From positions 22,940,001 through 23,004,000 of the forward strand of contig NC_045138.2 in assembly GCF_008831285.2 (NCBI RefSeq): DNA of 64,000 nucleotides, read 5' to 3'. The notes beneath the pieces were generated by a model. The model searched no databases, had not been told where the DNA came from, and saw only the letters and a program-made list of their open reading frames with translations. Origin of the DNA: Nymphaea colorata (Eukaryota). This document shows positions 27,768-39,705 of this stretch, piece after piece. Within the stretch, counting starts at the first letter, position 1. Each line of letters starts with the position of its first letter. Made by a program: the position numbers and the translations under genes.

Positions 27768-30700
27768 CAGAATGCAGATTTTGTTGTTTGAGCTAGCATC
27801 TCATTTGTTGCTTCTGTGTTTCAGGTAGAGATCTTTATAAACGCAACCTGGAGTTGCTTGTGCCTTTCTTTGATCATCCATTTCTTGTACTGAAAGAAAT
27901 CAAGAAGGTATTACAAGAACGTGAATCCTGCTCTTAAGCTAATGCAATGTTGTGGGAAATGTTAAATGATCTTGGGTTTTGTTCTTAACATGTCCCTGAC
28001 ATCTCTCATATACTGTGTTTTGTAGTGCATAAGTTTTGAGGTTAAGTGCATACAAGCATCTTGGAAATTAAGGTAACTTCGTTTCTTTCTTGTTTCAAGT
28101 GATAAAGCTGCTGCCATGCGGGGGAGTGGCCTACTGGGCTGGGCCTGGACCGCTAAGGAGGCAGTCAAATGTTTGAAACTTTGAACCTCATAGACACTCG
28201 CCACTTATATAAGGGGAAGCAGGTCTTTACCTTGTAGGCATGGGAAAGGGGTCGCATGGTTTCACACACCTGGGCAGCAGCTCTAACATGGACTTGGCTA
28301 GGAAGGCACTGAACCTCTGTCAGCATGGCAGGACACAATTGCAGCTCTAGGCTTGCCAAGGACAAGGTCAATGCTGTGTTAGGTGCAGTCCATGTACCCA
28401 TGGCTGAAGCCATCCAAAAATGAACTCTGTCAACTTTGATCGAGTCAATTTCCATCCTTTTTTAGGTTCAAAAATTACTTTATGTTAATTTTGGTATGCT
28501 TTTTCACTCTGGTATCTGTTTATATTTATGAGTTTATGATTTACGAATGTATTGCTTGCAAACTTATATACATGGTCGTGTCCCTGTGCCGAAGTCTCTT
28601 GAAAATGCACACCTTTGTCTGCCCTGCACCCACACCCATACAATATCGGGCGACAGAGGGCAATGGCTACATAGTTCTATGCACCTGGGAGGGTGAGAAC
28701 ATCTCTCACCTTAGGTAGTTTCTTCTTGTACAATTGAAAAAAGGGATACAGCTGCTTTGGTTTTCTCATTTATTGTTCTGCACATGTGAAGGAGTTTCTT
28801 TGCTCAATTATGTGGACATTGTGGAGGGCAAACATTATGCTTATTTGTGCCTATTGTCCTTTCTCATTCCCTTCTGCGACACTGAAATTTTTATTTTAAG
28901 AGCTGATCATATTGGCTTTGATATCTCAAAAAACAGTGATTTAAATTCCTTATTTGGGGTATAAGAATTTCTAACCTATAATTCTGTGTGTATCAAGTTT
29001 CGCTACTCATGTATTTAGTTATTGAAACGCTATATCATCAGATTATGCTGTAGATGCCCCATTTTCTGCACTTCTCAAAGGCCATCAATTTTATTTCATT
29101 GGTGTGCTAGTTTATAAAATCTCCGTATGGATTGAGGCATGCATTTCATTCTTGGTTTGGAAGTTTCTCCCTGCAAATTCAAAACTCTATCACCTTCTTT
29201 TTATGTATTAGGAGAAAGACATTGTTACTCTTCTTCTCATATATGTTGATAATATTGTGACAACTAGAAGTTTTGGTGATCACATACATAAAGTAAAGCA
29301 ATTCTTAATGAAGGCATTCAAAATGAAGGATGTAGGGGAGTTGAGGTATTTTTTAGGTGTGGAAGTTGATAGACGAGGGGGGACATTGACTCTTATGCAG
29401 CAGAAGTGTACGCTGGATCTTCTAAAAAAATATGAATGTCAAATTGCAGGCTGGTTAATATCCCAAGTGTATTACATCAGAGATTGACTGTTGAAGAAGT
29501 GAACATGGAGAAGTTTGTGCCAGTCCTACAAGATACTGGAGTACAGTAGGGCATGTTGCAGTATGTTATGTTTATTAGGCCTAACATTGTTTATGTCTTT
29601 ATGATGTCAATCGGGTGTCTTAGTTTATGCATGAACCAAGAGAGGGTCACATGGGGTTGTGAAACACATTTGGAGCTACTTTACTTAAAAAAGAACTATA
29701 GGAGATAGGCTTATCCTTTGGAAAAATAAAGATGCGGATTGGGTTGGAGATCCAGATTAGAGGCGGTCAGTTTACTGTTATTCATTGAAAATAATCTAGT
29801 GTCCTAGAATAGCAGGAAACAAAAGGTGGTGGCACACTCAAGTACGAAGGCTAAGTCTAGATAACTGAAGTTACATATATTAGACACTTATTAAGTGATC
29901 TAGGAGAGGATATTGCATGATCTATACTTTTATGTGATAATCAAAGTGCAATCATTATTGCATTCAATCTCATTCAGTATAACAAGACAAAAACATATTA
30001 AGATTGATGAACACTTTATACGTAGAAGGTTGAGATGAGGGTGATAGAACCACATCATATAAGTACAGAACATCAAGTTGCAAACTTATTCACAAAAGGA
30101 TTGACAAGTCGACTATTTTGTTTATCGAAAAGTAAGTTGTACATGATTGAAGACCATGTGCAACTTGAGGGAGAGTGTTAAAGCAGACGTCTGGATCTAG
30201 ATGTCATGTCCCTTGTTTATTTGGGCGTATAATTAATGGCATGCTTGTAATATTCATGTTCTGTTATTACATTTTAGTCATTGGTGTAAAGCTCTTAAAA
30301 TTAATAAAAGTAAGGTTAGGAGGTGTGATTTCGTTGCTGCTGCTCCATCCCTTCAGCACTATTCTTCTTCCTCTCCTCTATTTTCTGTGCGTAGACACTG
30401 CAGTGAAACAATATATTATGATATTCAAAATTATTTTAACAGGGAGAACTTAGGCATGAAAAATGGGCGATAGGTCAACTCAGTAGTTAAAAAGTGCTAG
30501 GTGGTAGCCCTTCTAAAAGGCCTAAGGGATCAAGACAAAATTAGGAAAAATTAATTAAAAATGATAAATTGCATGTATATTTAAATTAGATTATGCCAGA
30601 TCACCAAGCATTACTTATAGAAAGAGGGTAAGGGCCTCCTAGAGATCCACGACGGCGAGAAGGAGCTAGCCAACAACTAGCTCAATGGATATGCAATGGC

Positions 30701-32274
30701 CAAATCACCAAACCATGATAAGTAAAAGTGTAGAGAGAATGAGAGGCAATTTCCCTTTTTTTAATTTTTTTTTAATGATTTTACCGTTACATAAAAAGGA
30801 AAATCAGTGAAACAAAAAAGGAAAAAAGCTCTCATGGCTGGTGCCTAGTCGCCTCAGCCTAGGCAGAAAACTTAGTGGACCTAGGACTGACTAGGTGCCT
30901 ACTTGGTAGCCCCAATAGTCTAGGGCCTAGGAATGCCTTTGACTGCTAACTTGGTTGGAGAGAGTTTTGAATATTGATCAGTACTATCTTTTGGACTCCT
31001 AGGCCTTGAAAACTTCTCGATTAAGAAACCAAGCAATGAGCCAACAGGTTCCAAGTTACTGGAGGTCAATCAATTGCTGTTGTGGAAGCACAAGAATTTA
31101 CCTCCTTTATAAGTTGCAATTAGTTTCCCTTGGTGTAAAGTTCATCAATTTGATGTTTCAAGTCGAATAATTCAGCAGGATAGTGGGTTATGTTGCATGA
31201 AGCTGTATCAATAAAGTTTCTGACACACTAAAGCACGTAAGGCTAATTTCCATCTACATGAAGTGGTCAATAGATAAAGTAGACAAAACTCCTAAAAGTG
31301 CAATCACTACTCAGAACTAACACACTAAAGCATACTCGTAAGACACATATTGATGCTCTAAACATGCATTGAAAACCATGCATACAAATGTGTTTCAACC
31401 ACATATGCACGAGTAAGGAGGACTAACGATGTATAAGTTGTTGGCAGTTCTGTAATGTACAAGTTGCTTATTTACACAAATACGAAGAAGAAAAGGAAAA
31501 AAGGAAAGAGAAAATATGTAATTTTATAAAGGGAAACACATGCAATGTATTATCCGTAGATACATATCCACAAGTAGGGTCTCCAGGACTTACAAAGTAA
31601 AGGATAGAACATCATACACTAGGTACATGCATTGCAGACTTGCAGTGGAAACCCTTTGGTTTCTGTTGCACCACGACACACACACATTGGTTGAGCGTGT
31701 ATGATATTTTATTTGGATCTTTTAGTATGAGCATGCTAACTTGGAGGTGGGCCACAGAATTAGTCCTACTTTTTGTCTTCTTACTGGCATGAAGGGTTGT
31801 GTGGTGGAGATCTGTACTAGCGCAGGTCAAGAACTCGGTTACTGGTTCAGAGGGACGTGATAATCTGTCAACCTTGCTTGTCCCCATGAGAGATGTCATA
31901 ATCTGTCAACCTTGCTTGTTCATATAACTTCACGGGATTATTTATGAATGAAATGCATGGTTATGCAAATGATGTGGGCTTTTGAACTAAACAGTTTCAT
32001 GTCCAATTGCAGAACCTACTTGAAGCTTCCATGGAGGCCTCTTATTTCCATTGAAGGCACTACTGACTATTATTTGGACGAGGAACTGAAAGTGAGGTGT
32101 ATTTCCCTGTAACAAGTTTATGTCTTATTCATGTTTTAAATGTCAAATGTTACAGCAGATTAAGTGCTTGAGTTCTGCTCACAGATAGTGAGGCATGCTG
32201 AAACATGGAACGTATCTCCAGGGGAAGCTGTCTTACAGATATTCAGATCTGGTGCTGTGAGGCACAAGAAGTGA
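13202..32274 (+). CDS. DUF2358 / NTF2-like uncharacterised protein, 8 exons, about 224 aa, probably plastid-targeted
   Basis: In-frame GT-AG exons 13202-13263, 13439(or 13436)-13576, 13744-13853, 17244-17309, 27825-27907, 28026-28072, 32013-32091, 32185-32274. Translation includes [50 protein letters not shown]...[43 protein letters not shown]. These motifs are typical of plant DUF2358 proteins. The Ser-rich N-terminus suggests a transit peptide. Confidence 0.9.
13439..13576 (+). CDS. DUF2358 gene exon 2 (acceptor ambiguous: 13436 or 13439)
   Basis: [45 protein letters not shown]; ends CG|gtaaat. Confidence 0.8.
13744..13853 (+). CDS. DUF2358 gene exon 3
   Basis: tag|T TCG AAT...ACG G|gttct; [20 protein letters not shown]. 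Confidence 0.88.
16100..16510 (-). mobile_element. Possible decayed LINE RT C-terminal remnant in intron 3
   Basis: Weak minus-strand remnants FPFKYV (PFKYLG-like) and EGLRH (GGLGI-like). Confidence 0.4.
17244..17309 (+). CDS. DUF2358 gene exon 4
   Basis: cag|GA AAT...TCT G|gtaagt; [22 protein letters not shown]. Confidence 0.92.
19987..20150 (+). repeat. copia 5' LTR (164 bp)
   Basis: Starts TGTTAAGA, contains TATATAAA, ends TATCT just before the PBS; 3 substitutions and 1 indel versus the 3' LTR. Confidence 0.95.
20151..20162 (+). promoter_or_regulatory. Primer binding site complementary to the initiator tRNA-Met 3' end
   Basis: TGGTATCAGAGC immediately after the 5' LTR. Confidence 0.9.
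20683..24761 (+). pseudogene. copia gag-pol polyprotein, frameshifted at about 22460 by an internal deletion in integrase
   Basis: Zinc knuckle [14 protein letters not shown]; protease WLIDSGAS; integrase HHCC (WHLRFGH...CESC) and HFDVWGP; RT YVDDII; RNase H DADYAG...CDNKAA...[12 protein letters not shown]...ADIFTKAL. The frame changes between CVK and KHRH. Confidence 0.93.
24769..24931 (+). repeat. copia 3' LTR (163 bp)
   Basis: TG...CA, follows the PPT and precedes TSD CTTAC. Confidence 0.95.
25343..25720. mobile_element. hAT-type MITE
   Basis: TIR CTATGTCACA / TGTGACATAG; 8-bp TSD CCAGTCGG / CTAGTCGG (7/8); GGGTGC subterminal repeats. Confidence 0.8.
25905..26140 (-). pseudogene. psaA: Nuclear plastid DNA fragment (NUPT) of psaA
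   Basis: [76 protein letters not shown] matches the PSI PsaA segment with scattered substitutions; no flanking plastid sequence. Confidence 0.9.
26886..27290. mobile_element. hAT-type MITE (same TIR type as 25343-25720)
   Basis: TIR CTATGTCACAT / ATGTGACAAAG; decayed TSD GTATTCTC / ATATTTTC (6/8, both transitions); GGTAC/GTACC repeats. Confidence 0.7.
27692..27765. repeat. (AT)n microsatellite about 60 nt upstream of the exon 5 acceptor
   Basis: Directly visible. Confidence 0.95.
27825..27907 (+). CDS. DUF2358 gene exon 5
   Basis: cag|GT AGA...AAG AAG|gtatt; [28 protein letters not shown]. Confidence 0.92.
28026..28072 (+). CDS. DUF2358 gene exon 6
   Basis: tag|TGC ATA...TTA AG|gtaac; [16 protein letters not shown]. 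Confidence 0.88.
29210..30441 (+). mobile_element. Degenerate 5'-truncated copia element: RT/RNase H remnant, PPT and 3' LTR (30176-30441)
   Basis: [45 protein letters not shown] with stops and frameshifts; PPT GAGGGAGAG followed by TGTTAAA...TTTAACA. Confidence 0.85.
32013..32091 (+). CDS. DUF2358 gene exon 7
   Basis: cag|A ACC TAC...CTG AAA|gtgag; [26 protein letters not shown]. Confidence 0.92.
32185..32274 (+). CDS. DUF2358 gene exon 8 (terminal)
   Basis: cag|ATA GTG AGG...[35 protein letters not shown]. Confidence 0.92.
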   Translation: MVRHAETWNVSPGEAVLQIFRSGAVRHKK

Positions 32275-35200
32275 ATCAGAAGACCCAGGCTTAATCTTAT
32301 CATATCATATATGCCTTTGGAGAAATCGTTGAGCAGCTAGCCTTGAGAGTCCTGCCAAAATTGTCAGTCTGCAGCTGTTCATCTGTTTTTTACACATGCA
32401 GGTGCATCTCATCTATGATTGTTTCCATGCCACTTTTTATCTGGTTAACTTCACGTCGACACCTCTTCAGAAATATTTGACAGGTCATGTTATTAATTAC
32501 TAATGAAATGAGAAATAAAAATGTAAAAAAAGGGAAAGAGGCACAATGAGGTTAATGATCAAAGGAGTGATTGCTTCGCTTGGCCACATATGGTACATGT
32601 TTTGAGCTAACTGCATGTTTAAGCGGAAGGCCACATATGTTCAGAGATGTTTCGTTTTGAGCTAACTGCACGTTGAAGAGGTTATGATGAAGCACGATCA
32701 CAGCGAATACCATTGAACCTTCCTAACTCGTTCCAGCATGGACATGGAATGAGTGGTTTCAGCGTTCAATCTGAACATCTCATGACATTTTGGGTATCAG
32801 ACTGAAAAACGATTTTTGTTGCTTATTTCATGGAAGCAATATTGACTTGGATAATTTTTTTGTTTAGACATTTAGAAAAGACTTAAAGTCAATTTTTCGT
32901 ACTGCATGTAAATCTTTTTAGTTTATATGTTAGTTTTTTTTTCTCCTCTCATTGGAAAAGTGTAATTCAAACACGTGAAAAGAACAACTATAGAAGAAAA
33001 TAAATTAGGCACGGTGGTGGGAAGTCAAATATTAAGAGGCAGTGGTGTGTTCTGACCCTCTCCAGCCAATCAAAAAGTTCTTTTAAAGCATTTGAAATTA
33101 CACCATAGCCATTGAAAAATTATATGGGGTTTCCACACCAGACCTGTGATTCGAGTACCTCTCCACCAAAACATCCTAGCTTTGCCACTGTTAAGAGGCG
33201 CTGAACCTAGAGCTGATCTTAAAAAATCTGATGGACAAGTCAGCCGCATGACAACCTTGCGAATGCGTGCACCACGCAAATATCGATGTGCCGGTTTACC
33301 AATTATGCATGCATCGTCGTATTCATGGAAAATCTGTTGCATTCCTCAAGTTGGTCATCCTGAATAAGAAATCACCAACTTGGTTTGGTGATCGAATGTA
33401 ACCTGTCATCACTCTGAACTTTGTTTCCGTTTTACATCACAACTTATATCCATATGTTTGGTTTCCTCATGAAACACGAAATTTGCCTTTTCTCTGAAGA
33501 GTCATGTGGATCTAATTGACCATAAGCTTATTTTGGGACCCGTTGGTTACTATTATAATATATCTTTGAGTAATTTGTGGCTCGGATGGGCGAAATACTA
33601 ATATTGTGATGCTTGTATTTACGTGTTTAAAATTGAGTTTTGACCTTGTCTTTCCAAGCTGGTTAATGCCATTTCTGAATGGCAGTCTGTATGCCTAAAA
33701 AACTAACACAGTGTGGTACTTAGCACCTATTCATATGCCATAATTGGTTGTTCAAGTTGTAAGCCATCACTCCGCGAACTATTTCAAAGTTTCTGTTAAC
33801 CGTGGATATATAAACTTTGTGAGTACTCTTGCTATTAGTGATCGGAGACTCCAAAAGACATGCGAATTCAACAAATAAGGAAATAGATGCATATGGTGAT
33901 GGTGTGCTCATACCCTTTACATTCCACCGTTTACTCAACATATGGAGTTAATCTCTCTCTCTCTCTCTCTCTCTTGTATTGATCGGATCAAGCACAAACA
34001 GTGTGAAGCCAAAGTCAATTCATTCTCTTTGGCTGAAGTCAATCTTCATCAAGATAGCTAACCAAGTCGAAACCTGCTGCTCAAGTAAGATGAATTTGTG
34101 TTGCCACACCCAACATTCTGGTAAAAAAGAAGAAGGTCAACCTTATTGCCCCTTGAGATCCGTTAGTATATTGGTCAAGCTCCGACATAAAGAAAAAGTG
34201 TTGTGGACACATTATATCATCGACGTGATAGAATGTCAAACCTGAAGTTGTGATACCACTTTATCCCATCACTATGTTGGTGAAGCTAAAAAAAAGTGTA
34301 TTTACACTATCACTCATGCGATAGGGCTTGTTGAAGTTCTGAAGCTCCAACATGAAGATAAAGGATCACTATTATTAGCAATGTGAACTAAAATAATCAA
34401 TATTATCATTGATGCAATTAAAACAATTAAAGATGAAGCTGTGACGACTTTTACTAACGACCTTGGCGACACACTTTTTGCGTTGGAGTTAGTGAGCTCC
34501 AACACAAAAACAATGCCGCTGAATCTTATTTTTGTTGTAGTGAGTCCACCAAATGCATAACCATGCCTTGCAACATATAAATAAAAGTGGACCCCTAATA
34601 TTTTGTCCCCGAAGCCGCTCCTCTAGTAGGTTAGGTCTCCCACCTTTATTCAAAGTACAAATTCCAAATAATTTCAACACATCATAAAAAAAAAAGAGAA
34701 AAAAATGAAGTAAGAAACTTCAAAAGGCAACTCTCAGGAAACTATAAGAACCACAACTTATTTCCAAGCAAGGTCTAGGCCTCCAAAACTCTTATTGTAT
34801 GGCTGAAATGATGCACTAAATTGTATTACCTCTTGAACTCTGATTTCACCCTCCCAAAGCCCATGGAGCCACCTTACCCAGCCTCTTCAATTAGATATAA
34901 CCATTCTGTTGAAAAAATGATCATCATATAACAACCCCAGGGCGTGTTCATGACTTTATACATGTACAACAATGTGATTTGATCTTACCTTGAAGGTCTT
35001 TCCCCTTCTTTTCTTTGTCACTATTACCCAATAGAAGATGGACGGATTTATCTGTGTGGATAGTATGGGAACCAAATGTAAAGATTGATGAATAAATAAG
35101 AGCATGTGCTCTGCCTCCTATCTTGTCCATATGAGACAGCCTAAGTGAACCCCTTTATCTGTAAGTGTATGAATCTCAGATGTATACTATACACCTACAT

Positions 35201-35369
35201 GGGTACCTGGATATGTTGCTGTTGATTGTGTTGGATTCTAAGAACTTGCAAAAGATGGTTAATTCAAGTCAATTTGCAACTTCCTAAGGCCAAGGATTCG
35301 TGTTCTGCTTTAGTGGAGGATCTAGGTGCAGTAAGTTGCTCCTTGTTTTCCAGCCGATCGGATTTTATC

Positions 35370-36330
35370 AATACCGTCTAGTGATGGAACATCTGGGCTG
35401 GGGCATGAGGCCAGTTACGATATATATGAATTTGGTACCTTAATAGCTCGTTGGTATGTGATGCTAATGCATAAATTGGCTTAAAATATGGACTGCATGA
35501 ATAAAATCCAGCATCGTAACAGACAAATATGTAAATTGGATCCTTGAACATATCTCCAATTTGATTGTCTAATTCCAAAAGTTGATCCGTTGAGAACGCA
35601 AATGGTGTTGCTTATAGTTCGTTTAAAATCTTCTAACCTTCATTGCGAGAGAAATACAATAGATTTGGATCTTGATACTTTGATTTTAGGGAAGTACTTC
35701 AATTCGCGTAGGCCTTTATAAGGCAAGATTTCATTCATCAATAAAACATTTCGAGAGGTTCCAACTTGCAGAGATTCCAACTTGCTATGATTGTCTCCTG
35801 CAATGATAACATTACCATCACAACCTAAGAAAAATATTTTTTTCAACTTTTTTTGGAGAAGAGGGTAGTTTGCTTTGAATAAGCAAACACCTATAACAAA
35901 ATTTGGCAGTTATGCAAACCAATTTTGCGAGGGTTGTCTCAACCCGTAGATGGACTTATTTAATTTGATCATATCCAATGCGAGAAAATTTACCTCTGAC
36001 AGGGACATCTAGATCTCTTCCTGTAGGTTGCTATGTAGAATGCAATATTAACAACTTTCAGAAAGATAAGTAAACCAATAATGACAAGGAGGGTTAAAAC
36101 ACAATGAATATCTTTGATTTTGGGACTGGGCGAAATGTTTCGTCATGATCAACTCCTCTTGTTTAACTGTACTTTTAGCAACAAAAATGCACCTTGAACC
36201 ATTCAACTAATTCATCAGATTTACTTGATTTTGTAAACTTATTCATATGTAATGGATTCTTTGCTTGACGAAGATAAGCGTCCAAGTCAGATTTGCTTAT
36301 ATTGCCGTAACTTTTGCTTTACTGGCTTTA
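35370..36330 (-). mobile_element. Highly decayed copia RT remnant
   Basis: Minus-strand remnants WTLI, GVDHDETF, LNKSIYGLRQ, GLRELKYF...IKVSRSK. Confidence 0.65.
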
Positions 36331-38079
36331 ATACAACATGGATTGAAATATTAGTGGTTCACTCTTGAGTTTGAATAAGAGTGGCACGAACGGTCTTGTG
36401 GGAGTGAAAAAGGGTTTTCAAAAAACAGTTACAGCCCACTAGGTGAGTAAGAAACATAACAAAATGTAGTAAAGGGCCTTGGTGGATCTGGTACAGCTTT
36501 AAGGGATGAAAGAAGATCTGGTCTAGGAACAAATAGGGTGAAGTGGTACCCAAGAGGTAGTTTGGCTGTAGGAACATCTTGCAAGTATTCCATGCATGTC
36601 TCAAAGATTGGAGTAGGTTCATAATTGTAAGGTCCGATGAACCTGCCCCAATCTTAGTAATAGGACACTTACAAAGTGTCTGAGGTTTATTGTATTCCTT
36701 TCTTTGTAGCAGGTGGAGGCAGACAATTTTTCTTCAGGATTAGACTATATTTTTTGAAATTTTTAGAGAGACCAAAATATATTTTCCAAAGATTCTGTGG
36801 GGCTAAATAAAATTTATGAAAAGTATAAACAGTGTCTTTTTTTGTTTTTGGACATCTCAAGGTCGTCATGGCCCCTGCCAGCCATCCCATGTTTGGGCCC
36901 TTGTGTAAAGAATGATATGACATAATTAATTAGAACAATTTTACGTTAAAAGAACATTTTTAAACTCCATTAATGGTCTTCCAGCTTTGTTAATTATTCT
37001 CACTTTGTTGGGAATGGATTGGTCGACCCATGCCTGAAGATGTTGAGCTGCTTCTGATGACAAGCTTACAGTATGTCAGTAACTGCAGCAAGACTTATCA
37101 CCGACCCTAAGAAAGCAAAACAGAACAGAAGGAAAAAAAAAATAGACAATTTAAAAATGTCACCAGTTCTTCCCATACTGCACAAGCGAAAGCCAGTGAT
37201 ATCAAAAATTAATTTCATTATGCTGCAGGGACAGTCCTTGTGATGGTTTGCTTGCGAGGATGAAGTGAACTAAGTGATCAGTAAACAAAATTGGCCAAAA
37301 GAGAAAAAAAGCAGATCAACATGTTATATGTTGCTGATATTAATGACATCATCCCAAAGGATCTTATTGTAATGCATAACAATGTTGAACTGTAGGTTAA
37401 ATCTTGACCATCATAAGACCCAAGTAGAAAAAAAGCATTGTAAAATGAAAACAGCAAGATAGGAGCCTTCCCTGGTCTCACTATTTAGTTTCCCCAAGTC
37501 ACACAACTAGGTAATCTGCCCCAATCAACAGTCTTATAAAATTAACTTATAATAATGATGCAGAAAACAACTTCTAATCAGCTACTTAAAACTGTTTTAC
37601 AACGTTCTTGTCATTGTAACACCCAAATGCCGTCCATGGATGTATAACGTCCTTGAAGCAAAATTAACTGGGACAATAATTTTGAGTAACACTCATGAAT
37701 GTCATGACAAAAAACTAGGACATCTACTTATAGAGTCCATTTGGGAATAAAACAAAGTGTTCAAGTCAAATTCCTATAGATGCTGGAATCTTGACCCAAC
37801 AAAGCTCCCATAGCAAGAACTTAGCGCTAGCATATTCGTCAAAAGCACAGCCAGACAGAGATGAGTCTCGTTCTGTTTTGGCGGGACACGCGAGGATGTA
37901 TGGAGGGACACGCCGAGTTTCCAGAGACACGCTAGGGGGACACGACGGTCGTCAGTTACCGGATACGGTCCGGATTGTTCCAGCGGGTTAGACCCGCGAG
38001 CTTGTGTCCCCGATCCGATCGGTAAAAGAAGAGTCTGATTGGGATTGCAGATTGTTTTGGGGGGATCCGGAATGGGACT

Positions 38080-39390
38080 CGGATCCACTTTCTTTGGTCA
38101 TCTCCTTCCTCCCTGTGCCTTAAAGGGGAGGGCAGTGTTTTCTTTATGTTTTTTATCTATCTTGTAAAAATCATTTCTGAGTTCCTCCATAAGGGTTCCT
38201 GGCACCCAATTTGCCAGTGAGTTTTTGATCAAATTGCCACTATGGTATTCCATCTTCTTCCCAGAAGGAAAATCTGCAAATCCGATGATTGGAGCAGCCG
38301 CGTGGGTTCCATGGCTGTTTTCTTCACCGGCAGATAAGGCTCTGTTCTCCAGTGACGTGGTGCATTTCCGGTGATCACAGTCCTCCAAACACTTTATGAC
38401 ACTTTGGGTAAACTCTTACCGCAGACCGAAGAGTTAATCGGTAGAGATACCCCCGCCTGGACTTGATTTCATTGTCTGTCCCTGTTCTTCTGAAGAACGC
38501 AGGCCAGCTTCCATCTGATCACTATTCCATTGCCTACGGTATCCATCTCCATCGTATTTCGGCGACGATCCATTCCACTACGTTCGCCATCATCCCGCCG
38601 TCATTCCCCAGTGTGCGATCTTCATTCCCATTCATTTTGCCCCTTGGTTCATTGACCCCAGATCCTCTGCAATAGGGGACTACGTTCTTTATCACCACTG
38701 GACAGATCTTTGCTTTCAGAGCCATACCTCCCTATTCCGGTGTCGGATCGCTGCACGGATTGGCTCATCGTCTTCCTTACTCTTCTACGGTTCCAACGAA
38801 CCCTAGCGCAAGTTGATCCGAGCAGCAATGAAAAATCTGTAGATGATCCACATTGCCTCTGTCTCTGCGACACTACCACTACTACACCAGAAGACACCGA
38901 GGAGAGCATAACTTCGGTCTCCGGTGTTGGATAGAGGAGAGAATGGGCTCATTGGGTTCCTGACTTCCATGCAGAGCTAGCCCTTCTTTCTGTGATTTTC
39001 CTCTTGGCTCCAGGCTTGAACTCCACCACAGGCAACATCCCCGAGCCTTCATCCTCAACGAGTGGGTTGTAGACAGTTCGGATTTGTCTCAAATTTGGGG
39101 CGTCCACTCATGGTGGTGTTAGCTTCTTACGGACCAGGTTTGGCGATTTTAGGAGCCTCCTATGATTTTCTAAAAGTCGGCGAGTCCAGGGCACTCCAAC
39201 AGGAACTGAACCAGTGAAGGAACTCGAGCAGCTTGTGACTTCATCTTCATCAACGAGGCCTTTTCAGCACATCCAGCTCCCTTCAATCCATAATGCCCAA
39301 TGCTAAGCGTGATCTTGGGGAAGCGACGACGCTAGGGTCGCCTCTCAGCAGTCCTCGGCAGCAGTTGAGAGAGAGAGAGAAAGAGAGAGG
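38080..39390 (-). mobile_element. Decayed LINE 5' portion (ORF1-like) beginning in a (CT)n tract
   Basis: Fragmented GC-richer minus-strand ORFs; zinc-knuckle-like LPK..HKCLEDCDHRKC across a frameshift near 38370-38415; (GA)n at about 39368-39389. Confidence 0.5.
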
Positions 39391-39705
39391 ACCAAATTAA
39401 TATACATGTATGGACAAAAATTTTGTTACAAAATTAATTGTGTTGAATGCAGAAATTCGACGCCGATGCCACGTGAAGACCCGATTGATGCCATAGATCC
39501 GATTGATTTCCATTTTTTTTCACCTTCTTTAAGGGGTTATTTGATAGCAACGACAACTAAAATTATTGTTCCACAAACTTCCTCCAACATTTGAGACAAA
39601 TTTATGAGACACTGACTACCAACCTACCTCTAAAATTGTTTCCACCAGAGTGGTGTTTGTCAAAATTGATGCACACATATTGACTTACATCTACCGCTTG
39701 GTATC

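Noticed and set aside
33070..33367. Overlapping 90-aa and 73-aa ORFs downstream of the DUF2358 gene
   Set aside because: No recognisable family and no supporting exon structure.
34247..34504. Possible minus-strand LTR plus PBS-like TGGTATCACAAC
   Set aside because: PBS is degenerate and no partner LTR or TSD was found; not supportable.
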